The position numbers were made by a program, and so were the translations under genes. A stretch of 64,000 nt of DNA, taken from positions 122,390,001 to 122,454,000 of the forward strand of contig NC_086097.1 of assembly GCF_963921235.1 (NCBI RefSeq). Reading direction: 5' to 3'. Each line of letters opens with the position of its first letter. Within the stretch, counting starts at the first letter, position 1. Positions 26,226-38,145 of the stretch are shown one piece after another. The notes under the pieces are model-generated. The model did not search any database. It saw nothing but the letters and a program-made list of their open reading frames with translations, and was not told where the DNA came from. The DNA comes from Mobula hypostoma (Eukaryota).

Positions 26226-26955
26226 AACATAGAAAATAGGTGCAGGAGTAGGCCATTCGGCCCTTCGAGCCTGCACCGCCATTCAGTATGATCATGGCTG
26301 ATCATCCAACTCAGAACCCTGTACCAGCCTTCCCTCCATACCCCCGATCCCTTTAGCCACAAGGGCCATATCTAACTCCCTCTTAAATATAGCCAATGAA
26401 CTGGCCTCAATTGTTAACTGTGGCAGAGAATTCCACAGATTCACCACTCTCTGTGTGAAGAAGTTTTTCCTGATCTTGGTCCTAAAAGGCTTCCCCTTTA
26501 TCCTCAAACTGTGACCCCTCGTTCTGGACTTCCCCAACATTGGGAACAATCTTCCTGCATCTAGCCTGCCCAATCCCTTTAGGATTTTATACGTTTCAAT
26601 AAGATCCCCCCTCAATCTTCTAAATTCCAACGAGTATAAGCCTAGTTCATCCAGTCTTTCATCATATGAAAGTCCTGCCATCCCAGGAATCAATCTGGTG
26701 AACCTTCTTTGTACTCCCTCTATGGCAAGGATGTCTTTCCTCAGAATAGGGGACCAAAACTGCACACAATACTCCAGGTGTTGTCTCACCAAGGCCTTGT
26801 ACAACTGCAGTAGTACCTCCCTGCTCCTGTACTCAAATCCTCTTGCTATAAATGCCAGCACACCATTCGCCTTTTTCACCGCTTGCTGTACCTGCATGCC
26901 CACTTTCAATGACTGGTGTATAATGACACCCAGGTCTCGTTGCACTTCCCCTTTT
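26226..26955 (-). mobile_element. Young CR1 3' fragment, same subfamily as 6491-10049
   Basis: ORF 26292-26945 is nearly identical to the last ~210 aa of ORF 6918-9950. Confidence 0.95.
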
Positions 26956-27875
26956 CGATCAGATTGCCAATTGCGTCGCCTCTGATCTGGGCCGACGATT
27001 ATGTGCCGGGTGGCACCTTATTAATTAGCTCGTTTATTTCGGCTTTTTTCTTAAAGATGTGTTGGGTGTGCCTCCCAGCTACTGCTGCATTCTCCGCGAA
27101 TCAGTATCTGTCCGTGGCCTGGGGTTGGGGTGGTGGGACACCGGGGTGTCATCTCATCGTTGTCTGTTTCCATGAGGGTAGGCAGGTCATCTTCTTCTAT
27201 GTCTGCTCGTCTTGTTGTCAAAGGTCGAGGTTCATCATCTGCTGTGGCTGATGTGGAAGGCTTGCTTGACTGCTTAGCCTCACACATTTTTCTATCATAC
27301 AGTTCTTTGTAAGCACTCAAACCATCCTGCAAATATGCCCTAAACCGACGTACCCTTTCAAAATTAAAGTCGTACTTTATCATTGCAGCAAAAATCTCAC
27401 GCAGTTGCTTAACGTTCAGTTTGCTTCTGCATTCAGTTTCAATTGTTATCCTTTCCTCTTCCAATTGCATCAGCTCTTCAGCTATCAGTTCTTGGTCATG
27501 GGATCCCAAAACTTCTTCAACATCATCTTCGTCAACTTCCACAAGCCAAACTCACTTTGTCCTTACTTTGCTCACCACGATCGAAACGCTTAATTATGTC
27601 TAGTTTTATGCTAAGTGGAACACCCTTCCGAGCTCCTTCAGGCTTTTCCGACACCTTAAAACTCATCTTGCAAATGGCTGCTCACAGGCACGTGTTTAAG
27701 CAATGCCGGAGAGAATGCAGTTCCGAATCTTGGGGAGAGCAGCTGCTCGGGGTGCGCACTGCCTTTCATCGTAACAGTGAAAACACCTTCTGTTAGCGAA
27801 AACAGGGAACTAATGTAGGTCTTTCATAACAGTGAGGTTTTGTAAAGCAAATGTTCGAAAAGCAGGGGACACCTG
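26947..27875 (-). mobile_element. Internally deleted Tigger/pogo DNA transposon
   Basis: Terminal repeat CAGGTGTCCCC..TTTTCGAAC next to TA (27876-27877); N-terminal HTH-like KLDIIKRFDRGE joined to the acidic EVDEDDVEEVLGSHDQEL tail; no DDE core. Confidence 0.8.
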
Positions 27876-28311
27876 TATAGCGCTCTATGACTCTAAGTCA
27901 AATTCATTGTGTGTCCTTCACCAATTCTCTTTCCATGGCTTTCTTCTGAACAGGTTGACTTCTTTCCTTTTTAAATCTTTTTATTAAATAAGTATACAAA
28001 AAGGTAAGCCATATAGACACTAATACATTGTTAGAATATAATAAAATTACAGAAGATATTAATACAAAAAAAATACTACAAACAATGTAATTTAAACATA
28101 ACATACCAAGGTAACATAATAGTATACTAATTTTATATATATATCGATGGAGAAAAAGAAAAAAAAAACCCCAAAAAAAACCCACCGTGCAACTAACGAA
28201 AAGCAACACAAAGCAATGGGCTAACTAGAAACCAAACAGAGTTAAACTTAAAATCACGTCCTCAATCCCGACCTCCATTAAAAACAGTAAAAAAAACAAG
28301 AAGGGTATATA

Positions 28312-31300
28312 TTACATTAAATGAAAATATTGAATAAAAGATCTCCAAGTCTGTTCAAATTTAAATGAGGAGTCATAAAGATTGCTTCTAATTTTCTCCA
28401 AATTCAAGCATAATATCGTCTGAGAAAACCAAAAACAAGGTAGTTGGAGCATTAAGCTCTTTCCAATGTTGTAAGATACATCTTTTCCCCATTAAAGTAA
28501 GAAATGCAATCATTCTACGGGCTGAAGGGGAGAGATTACTGGAAATTTTAGATAGTCCAAAGATAGCAGTAATAGGGTGAGGAGAGATATCTATATTCAA
28601 TACCTTGATAATATTAAAAATGTCTCTCCAAAAAGTTTCCAAAGTAGGGCAAGACCAAAACATATGAGTTAAAGAGGCTATCTGCCCCGGACATCTATCA
28701 CAAAAAGGATTAATATGAGAATAAAAGCGCGCTAACTTATCTTTGGACATATGTGCTCTACGAACAACTTTAAATTGAATTAGGGAATGTTTAGCACAGA
28801 TAGAAGAAGTATTGACTAATTGTAAAATCTGCCCCCAGTCATCCACAGAAATGGTAAACCCCAATTCCTGTTCCCAATCTACCCTAATCTTATCAAATGA
28901 AGCTTTCCTAAGTTTCATAATAATATTATAAATCATAGCCGATGCACCTTTCTGACATGGATTAAGGTTGATTATAGTTTCTAAAATGTATGTAGGAGGG
29001 AGCATTGGAAAGGAAGAAAGTATAGTACTTAGAAAATTTCTAACTTGTAAATATCTAAAAAAATGTATTCTTGATAAGTTATATTTATTAGATAATTGTT
29101 CAAAAGACATAAGGGAACCATCTAAAAATAAATCCAAAAATCATGAAATACCCTTAGTCTTCCAAATTTGAAAAGCACGATCCGTAAAAGAGGGAGGAAA
29201 AAATATGTTACCTAAAATAGGAATCGCTAACCCAAATTGATTAAGATCAAAAAATTTTCTGAATTGAAACCAAATATGCAAGGTATATTTAACTATCGGG
29301 TTAGACACCTGTTTAAGGCGTTTCCAATCAAAAGGAAGAGAGGAACCTAACATAGAGCCAAGTGTAAAACCCTGAACAGATTGTAATTCCAATACTACCC
29401 ATTTAGGAATAGATAGTATATCCTGGTCCAGTAACCAGAATTTCATATGTCGAATATTAATTGCCCAATAATAAAATCTAAAGCTAGGTAATGCTAAGCC
29501 TCCATCTCTCTTAGCTTTCTGTAAATGTATTTTACCCAGTCTCGGGTTTTTATTCTGCCAAATAAATGAAGAAATTTTAGAGTCAACTTTGTCAAAAAAA
29601 GATTTTGGAACAAAGATTGGTAACGCCTGAAATATATATAAAAATTTTGGCAAAAAAAACATCTTAACTGCGTTAATACGACCAATCAAAGTTAAATATA
29701 AAGGAAGCCATTTAGATGAAAGTTGAGTAATATGGTCTATTAATGGTAAAAAGTTAGTCTTAAATAAATCTTTGTATTTACAAGTAATTTTAATCCCAAG
29801 ATATGAAAAATAATTATTAATCAATTTAAATGGAAATTTATAATATAAGGGAAGTTGTTTATTAATCGGAAAGAGTTCACTCTTGCTAAGATTTAATTTA
29901 TAACCTGAAAAAAGACCAAATTGTGCTAATAACTCTAAAACAGCCGGGATGGATTTTTGAGGATTAGAAATATATAAAAGTAAATCATCAGCATAGAGTG
30001 ATAATTTATGGGACTTTAAGCCCCGAGTTATCCCAGTAATATTTGGAGATTCTCGAATGGCAATTGCAAGAGGTTCTAATGCAATATCAAATAATAAAGG
30101 ACTAAGAGGACAACCTTGTTGAGTACCTCGAAAAAGAGGGAAAAAAGGTGAACTTAAAGAGTTAGTACGGACCGAGGCCACAGGAGAATAATATAAGAGT
30201 TTAATCCAGGATATAAATTTCAAGCTGAAATTAAACCTTTCAAGCACCTTAAATAAATAAGGCCATTCTACTCTATCAAAAGCTTTCTCGGCATCTAAAG
30301 AGATAACACACTCTGGAACATTTTGTGAGGGAGTATAAACAATATTTAACAGTGTACGAATATTATAAAAAGAGTAACGACCTTTAATAAAACCCGTTTG
30401 GTCTTCCGAAATAATAGAGGGAAGTACTTTTTCTAATCTATTTGCTAATAACTTAGAAAAAACTTTAGAATCAACATTTAATAAAGATATTGGTCTATAA
30501 GATGCACATTGAGCAGGATCTTTATCCTTCTTTAATATTAAAGAGATTGACGCTCTATTAAAAGATTCAGGAAGTTTACCAAGTTTCGATGAAGCCTCAA
30601 AAACCCTACAGAGCCAAGGGATTAATGAAGGAGCAAAACATTTATAAAATTCTACGGTAAACCCATCAGGGCCAGGAGCTTTCCCCAAATTCAGAGAAAA
30701 TAACATTCTTGATCTCATCCATGGTAATAGGAGTATCTAACATAGAAGCCATATCCTGTGAAATCTCAGGGAAGTCTAAATTATCTAAAAAATCATTCAT
30801 ACATTTAGAATCTCGAGGAGACACTGATTGATATAAGGAAGAGTAAAAATCACAGAAGGTTTGATTAATCCCCACATGATCAAGTATTAGTCGATCATTT
30901 TGGTTATAAGTCTGATTAATTTGAGATTTAGCATAATTAGACTTCAATTGATTAGCCAACAGTTTACCAATTTTGTCACTGTGTACATAAAATTCACTTC
31001 TTGTTTTCTTTAATTGGTTTACAATCGAGGACGAGAGTAATAAACTGTGTTCCATTTGAAGTTCAGTTCTTTGTTTATATAACTCCTCAGAAGGAGCTAT
31101 AACATATTTCTTATCAATTTCCTTAATCTTGTCCACAATTACCAACTCCTCCTGCTTCTTCTTCTTCCTCAAAGCAGCAGAATACGAGATAATCTGACCA
31201 CGAATATAAGCTTTAAAAGTATCCCAAAGAGTGTTAACAGAAATATCCTCTGTATGGTTAATTGTAAAAAAAAGATCAATCTGTTCATTCATAAAGTTAA

Positions 31301-32085
31301 CAAAGTCCGAGTCCTGAAGCAACAGCGAATTAAAACGCCATTGTCTATTATTTTGTATATTGGCCAGAATTTTAATAGAAAGCTTAAGTGGAGCATGATC
31401 CGAAATGGTTATAGAATCATAATCACATTTAATCACTGAGGGAATAAGACGAGAATCAATAAAGAAATAATCAATTCTTGAATAGGAATGATGAACATGT
31501 GAAAAAAAAGAAAAATCTTTTTCCTGAGGCTGCAAAAAGCGCCAAATGTCCGTCGACCCAGAATCAGAAAGAAATGAATTAATCAAAGTTGCAGATTTAT
31601 TAGGTAAGGTCCGTAAAGGAGCCGAACGGTCCAAAGCTGGAGACAAACAGGTATTAAGATCTCCGCCCCAGATCAATGAAAACTCATTCAAATTCGGAAA
31701 CTGATTAAATAATGATTTATAAAATTCCGGACAATCCATATTAGGAGCATAAACATTAACCAAAACTACTTTTTTATTAAATAGTAAACCACTAACCAAT
31801 AGAAATCTACCATTCGGATCAGAAATAATATCATGCTTTATAAAAGTAACTGAGGAGTCTATAAAAATAGAGACGCCTCAAATCTTAGCATTGGAGTTCG
31901 AATGAAACTGTTGTCCCTTCCAGAATTTAAAAAAACGTAGTCTGTCCCCCCTCCGCACATGGGTCTCTTGTAAGAATAAAATTTGTGCTTTAAGTCTCCG
32001 GAACACTTTAAAAACTTTTTTTCCTTTTAATAGGATGATTAAGACCATTAGTATTCCAGAAGACAAAATTAATAATAGACTCCAT
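28312..32085 (-). pseudogene. L1 ORF2 (endonuclease, RT, C-terminal zinc knuckle), several frameshifts
   Basis: LQETH, NVYAPN, GGDLN, SRIDY, ISDH, PGPDG, LDAEKAFD, QGCPLSP, YADD and CDRC..HMFWSC across four ORF pieces. Confidence 0.95.
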
Positions 32086-32801
32086 AAACCCTAAAGTCAA
32101 CCCACAACAAGGAGGATTGACGATAGGCTCGACCCACGAAACCGGAGAGGGAACAGAACATACAAGAGATACCGGGAAGAAGAACGCAACCCATACTTCA
32201 ATAATGTATATAGCCCAAGAAGAAAGAAACTAAAAAGTGAAGCCCCTCCCACCACCCCCACCCCATGTCCCGAAAGCTAAGTCTAACGCAGACCAGCCCA
32301 AAAGAAGCAAGCACTAAAACTACCCCCATGACTTCCGGTATACGCTCCCTAAAAAAAAGTGTAAACATAAAAAAGATCAGCTGATTATAAAACAGTAAAA
32401 GAATAAAAAAAGATAACTCAATTAAAATAAACACATAACAGAATAAAAGCCAGAAAATATATGAAAAAAAACCGCAATAAACCGCAGACTCATGAATAAA
32501 CAGAACAACAAAAAAGAAATAAGATTATTGACATAAACTAGTTATAAAAACCTACAAAACAAAATAGATTTTAAAAAAACTACAAAATTTAAGGCCACAA
32601 AGGAAATACGTAAAATGACAATAAGGAAGTAACCACCCAGAATCCCCTGGGAAAAAGAAAGAAATGACGCAGTTAAAAAGAAAGTTTAGCAACCATATTA
32701 AGTAATCAAAAATAAACTTTTCTGCCCATATAAGGCAAAAAAAAAATTAAGACCAACAAATTCACAGCCTCCGATCAGCGGAGATAGTTAAAAAATTACA
32801 A

Positions 32802-33666
32802 TTAAGATTTTGAAGGTGAAAATTGATCCAAATAACTCTGGGCATCCGATGGAGAGTCAAAAAAACGGAGGGCTCCATCCAACGTACGAATCCTTAGACG
32901 TGCAGGGTAAAGCAGCGCTGGTCTTAAATCCATCTTATAGAGTTCCGACATCACAGATCTGTAACGAACCCGTTGATCCCGGATTGGTTTACTGAAATCT
33001 TCCACGAATCGGAATTTAAGATCCAGAAAATCAATGAAACCCTTAGATCGAACGAATCGAAACAGTTTCTCCTTGTCTTGAAAGTAATGAAACCGTAAAA
33101 TAACATGTCGAGGTCTATCTGACCTAGGCGAGTATGATGGAACTCTGTGAACACGATCCAATAACGGTGGTTGGTCGGGAAATACAGTAGGAAATGCATC
33201 TTTTAAAAATTGAGAAAAATACTTCATAGGGTTATCAGATTCAACAGCTTCACGCACCCCGATCATTCGTAGATTCTGCCGTCGCATTCTAGATTCTAAG
33301 TCAGAGTTTTTAAAGGTCAGAAAATCAAGTTTCTTCTTCATTACATTAATTGTTTCTTCGATTTTCCCCATCTTAAGCTCACTTTGTTGTGTGGATTTTT
33401 GAAGATCAGATATAGCCGACTGATGTTCCGTAATAGATGTTTATATCTTATCGATTGAATCGGCAATTTTCTGGAACTGAATTGAAATTTCCGCACGAAT
33501 CAGCTCCGTAACAAGAGGTTGAAATTTCCCTTTGAATTAACTCCGATATAGCTTTCAAAGTCACCGGTGGTTCAGTTGGAGGGAAATCGGTACCTTTCGG
33601 TTTAACCGGAGGTTTGCCATCCTTCCCGTTTTTCCCATTCTTAGACATAGCAGATCTTAAACGCAT
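32802..33666 (-). pseudogene. L1 ORF1 (coiled coil plus RNA-binding), disrupted
   Basis: DLESRMRRQNLRMIGV, LDRVHR, PRHVILRF, YPARLRI; split into ORFs 33448-33666 and 32802-33371. Confidence 0.9.
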
Positions 33667-34389
33667 CCAGTTATCGAAGAGCCCAATTTAATTCAAAGTA
33701 TTGTAAAAGTTGATGCCTTAATGGTTAATTAAAATATAGCTGATCAGAAGAAAAAAAACTCAGAGGTAATGGAGCGAGTCAAGAACGCGACTTCACTCCA
33801 TGAGCGCTACCGGAAGTCCCCAGGTTGACTTCTTTCAAAAACTCCACTCTCCAAAATGGATGAACTTTAGTTCAAGTTTCAGTATGTGAGGTTTGTTCCA
33901 TGGGACTTTGGGCCTCAAGCAACAAATACTGGCAGCTTGAAGCCAGGCAGAAAATTAATACAGTACTCTTCATACAAAGTCCTATTAACATTTGAGTCCA
34001 TCAGTTTCCACTGGTAGCTGGTAACTGTTGTATTTTTCATCAAGCTTCCTACGCAAAACAATAATTGAATATGAATAATGATGATGCAGAAGTGCTAAGT
34101 AGTGATTAGCTTAGTTTGTCTCCTCAGATCAAGTAGTAAATCCTACCTTACATTATCTTATTGCTTCTTCCCTCTGATGTTGCTCCCATTTTGTGTTTAG
34201 AAGTAAGTTGTAGAAAAGATTCAGAAAGGATATTGCCAGGACTGAAGAACTTGAGTTATAAAGGAGAAACTAGAGTAGGCTGGGATTGTTGTTTTTGGAG
34301 GCAGAGACTAACTCTATATCATGGCATAAGTTGTGAAATTTGTTGTTTTGTGGCAGCAGTACAGTGCAACGAATAAAATAATTATTCGT

Positions 34390-35110
34390 GCATGGGTTTA
34401 TTGGCCACTTAGAAATCTAATGACAGAGAGGAAGAAGCTGTTCCTAAAGCATTGTGTGTGTCTTTTAAGGCTCCTGCACCTCCTCCCTGATGGTAGCAAT
34501 GAGGAGAGGGCATGTCCTGGATGGCGGTTGCTCATAGTGACAGATGCTGCCTTTTTAAGGCTTTGCCTAGTGAAGACGTTCTCAATGGTGAGGAGGTTAG
34601 TGTTTTGATAGAGCGGACTGAAATTACAACCCTCTGCTGCTTTTCCTGATCCTGTCCATTGCAGCCTCCATACCAGACAGTGATGTACCAAGTCAGAATG
34701 CTCTCTATGCTTCATCTGTAGAAATTTGCAGGAGTCCTTGTTGACGTACCAAATCTCCTCAGACTCATAAAGAAATACTTTTGCTGTCATCCCTTCTTTG
34801 TTGTTGGGCCCAGGATAGATCTTCAGTCATATTGACACCCAGAAACTTGAAGCTGCTCCCCCTTTCCATTGCAGCTCCCTCGAGGACCAATATGACATCC
34901 CCTTCTTAAAGTCCACAATCAATTTCTTGGTCTTACCCAAAGTTGAGTGCAACGTCGCTGTTGTGGTACCACTCAACCAGTCAATCTACCTCACTCCTGT
35001 ACGCTTCCTTGTCACCATCTGAGGTTCTGCCAACAGCATTGGTGAACTTATAGATGACGTTTGAGCTGTCCCTAGCCACACAGTCATGAGAGTAGAGCAG
35101 TGGGCTAACC
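34390..35110 (-). mobile_element. Rex1/Babar-type 3' fragment
   Basis: HPGHALSSLLPSGRR..FRNSFF motif in ORF 34398-34790. Confidence 0.8.
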
Positions 35111-35959
35111 CTAATGGAGGTTTATAAAATCATGAAGGGCATAGATAAGGTGGAGTATTCCCCAGGGTAGAAGAGTTTAAAACTAGAAAGCATAGGTTTA
35201 ATATGAGAAGAGAAAATTTTATAAGGGACTGGAGCGGCAAGATTTTCCTCTCAGAAGTTTATAAGGGTACCTGAAAGGTAAGATTTTCCACACACAGATG
35301 GTGGTGGATATATGGACAAGCTGAAGGAGCAGATGGTAGATACGGGAAGAATTACAATGGTTAAAATAAATTTGGATTGGAATATAAATAGGAAAAAATT
35401 AGTGTGATATTGAGACAAAGTCAGGTAAGCACTTTGATTGTCATGCAAGAGTTAGGCCAAAATGCTACACAGCATGGAGGCAGCACTATGACTGTTGGCT
35501 TATGAAGCGAGATCCAGTCATACTTTGCAAACCTCCAGCAGGAAAGCACTGCAGATAATTTGTAAGATACAGTCATACCTTACTAACCAACAACAAGAAA
35601 ACACTGCAGATAATCAGCTCACAAAGCAAGACACCACACTTTTTCCAAGTGTTACTGGCCTTTGGGTTAAATATTGACCACACCACGAGGAGTGCTCACC
35701 TGCCGTTTGTCTATTAATGCCACAGATACTTTAAGTCATCTATGAAAATAAAAGAGATCTTAATTTAATAGATCCTATTTGTACCCTCTCAGGCCAAATA
35801 TTGAGCCTCAAGACTTTGAAGCCCACTGAAGGAGTATGACTCCAAGCGCACAACTTTCTCTTAATTCCTTCATATAAACAGATGAACAGTACAGCATAGT
35901 ACAGGCCCTTCAGCCCACAATATTGTGCCGATCTTTTAACCTACTCTAAGATCAAACTA

Positions 35960-38090
35960 ACCATAAGACCATAAGATATTGGCCTTTTGAGACTGCTCCA
36001 CCATTTCATCATGGCTGATCCAATTTTCCTCTCAGCCCTAATTTCTGGCCTTCTCCCCATATCCCTTTATGCCCTGACCAATCAAGAATCTATCAACCTC
36101 TGCCTTAAATATACATACAGACTTGGCCTCCACAGCTGCTGTGACAAATAATTCCACAGGTTCACCACCCTCTGGCTAAAGAAACTCCTCCTCACCTCCA
36201 TTCTAAAAGTCATTCTATTCTGAGGCTATGTCCACTGGTCTTAGACTCTCCTACTATAGGAAACATCCTCTCCACATTCACTCTATCAAGGCCTTTCACC
36301 ATTCAATTGGTTTCAATGAGGTCAGCCTCATTCTTCTGAATTCTAGTGGATACAGGCCCAGAGCCATCAGACTCTCTTCATATGACAGGCCATTCAATCC
36401 TAGAATCATTTTTGTGAACTTCTTTTGAATCTTCTCCAGTTTCAGCACATCCTCTCTAAGATAAGGGGCTCAAACCTGCTCCTACTATCCCAAGAGCAGC
36501 CAAACCAGTACTTTATAAAGTTCAAACATTACATCATTGCTTTTATATTCTAGTCCTCCTGAAATGAATGCTAACACTGCATTTGCCTTCCTCAATACAG
36601 ACTCAACCTGAAAATTATAAACACAAAATACTCTGCAGATGCTGGGGTCAGAGCAACACTCAAAATACACTGGAGGAACTCAGCAGGTCGGGCAGCATCC
36701 ATGGAAACGATCAGTCAACATTTTGGGCCGGAACCCTTTGTCTGACGAAGGGGTCTGGCCCGAAACGTTGACTTATCGTTTCCACGGATGCTGCCCAACC
36801 TGCTGAGTTCCTCCAGCGTATTGTGAGTGTTTCAACCTGAAAATGAACCTTTAGGGAAACCTGCACAAGCATTCCCAAGTCCCTCTGTGCCTCAATTTTT
36901 TGTATTTTCTCACTATTTAGAAAATAGTCAACACTTTCATTTCTTCTATCAAAGTGCATGTCCATACACTTCCTGGCACTGTATTTCATCTGCCATTTCT
37001 TTGCCCATTTTCCTTATCTGTCTTAAGTCCTTCTGTAGCCTCTCTATTTCCTCAAATCTACCTGCTCCTCTGCCTATCTTCATATCAGCTGCAAACTTTG
37101 TAACAAAGCCATCAATTCCAGCATCATCATTGATACGTAACATAAAAAGAATCGGTTTCAACACAGATCCCTGTGGAACATCACTAATCACTGTCAGCCA
37201 GCCAGAAAAAGCTCCCGTTATTTCCATTTCTGCCTCCTGCCAATCAGCCACTACTTTATCCATGCTAGAATCTTTTTTCCTGTCACACCATGGGCTCGTA
37301 GCTTGTTAAGCAGCCTCATGTGTGGCACCTTGACAAAGGCCTTCTGAAAATCCAAGTCCAAAACATCAACCAATTCTCCTTTGTCTCTCCCGCTCTTTAC
37401 ATCTTCAAAGAATTCCAAAAGATCTGTCAGGCGAGATTGTCCCTGGAGGAAACCATGCTGACTATGGCCTATTTTATCATGTGCCTCCAAGTACCCTGAG
37501 ACCTCATACTTAATAATTGACTCCAACATCCACTGAGGTCAGTCTAACTGGCCCATAGTTTCCTTTCTTCTGCCTCTCTCCCTGCCTGAAGAGTGGAGTG
37601 ACATTTGCAATTTTCCAGTCTTACAGAACCAGTCCAGAATCTAGTGATTCTTCAAAGATCATTACAATGCCTTCATAATCTCTTCATCCACCCCCTTCAG
37701 AACTCTGGGGTGTAAACCATCTGATCCAGGTGACTTATATACCTTGAGACCTTTCAGTTTCCCTAGAACCTTCTCTCTAGTTATGTGAACTTCACTCACT
37801 TCATGCCCCCGACACTTGAAACTTCCACCATCCTGCTAGTGTCTTCAATAATGAAGACTGATGCAAAATACTTATTTAGTTCATCTGCTAATTCATTGTT
37901 CCCCATTACTACCTCTCCAACATCATTTTCCAGTAGTCCGATATCCACTCACCTCTCTTTTACACTTTATGTACCTGAAATAACTTTTGGTATCCTCTTT
38001 AATATTATTGTCTAGCTTACTTTTGTATCCATCTTTACGTCCTTAATGCCTTTTATCGTTGCCTTGGTTTATAAAAGCTTCCCAATCCTC
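35960..38090 (-). mobile_element. Degraded CR1 RT plus 3' end
   Basis: SQHGF, DFQKAFVKVPH, VPQGS motifs; (CCATAAGA)n tail at the left end. Confidence 0.9.
36616..36831. mobile_element. Penelope-derived palindromic insert with hammerhead-like core, inside a CR1
   Basis: Long imperfect inverted arms; 13-bp duplication TCAACCTGAAAAT at 36603-36615 and 36832-36844; CTGACGA at 36742-36748 and GAAAC at 36762-36766. Confidence 0.75.
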
Positions 38091-38145
38091 TAAGCCCATT
38101 GGGTAGATCCACATGTCTGCAAATCTCTACAAGTCTGCCGGTATA

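Larger units (their letters stand above)
27967..33820 (-). mobile_element. Full-length L1-clade LINE (about 5.85 kb), frameshifted
   Basis: 16-bp duplication CAGGTTGACTTCTTTC at 27951-27966 and 33821-33836; ORF1 and ORF2; AATAAA and A-rich 3' end. Confidence 0.95.
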
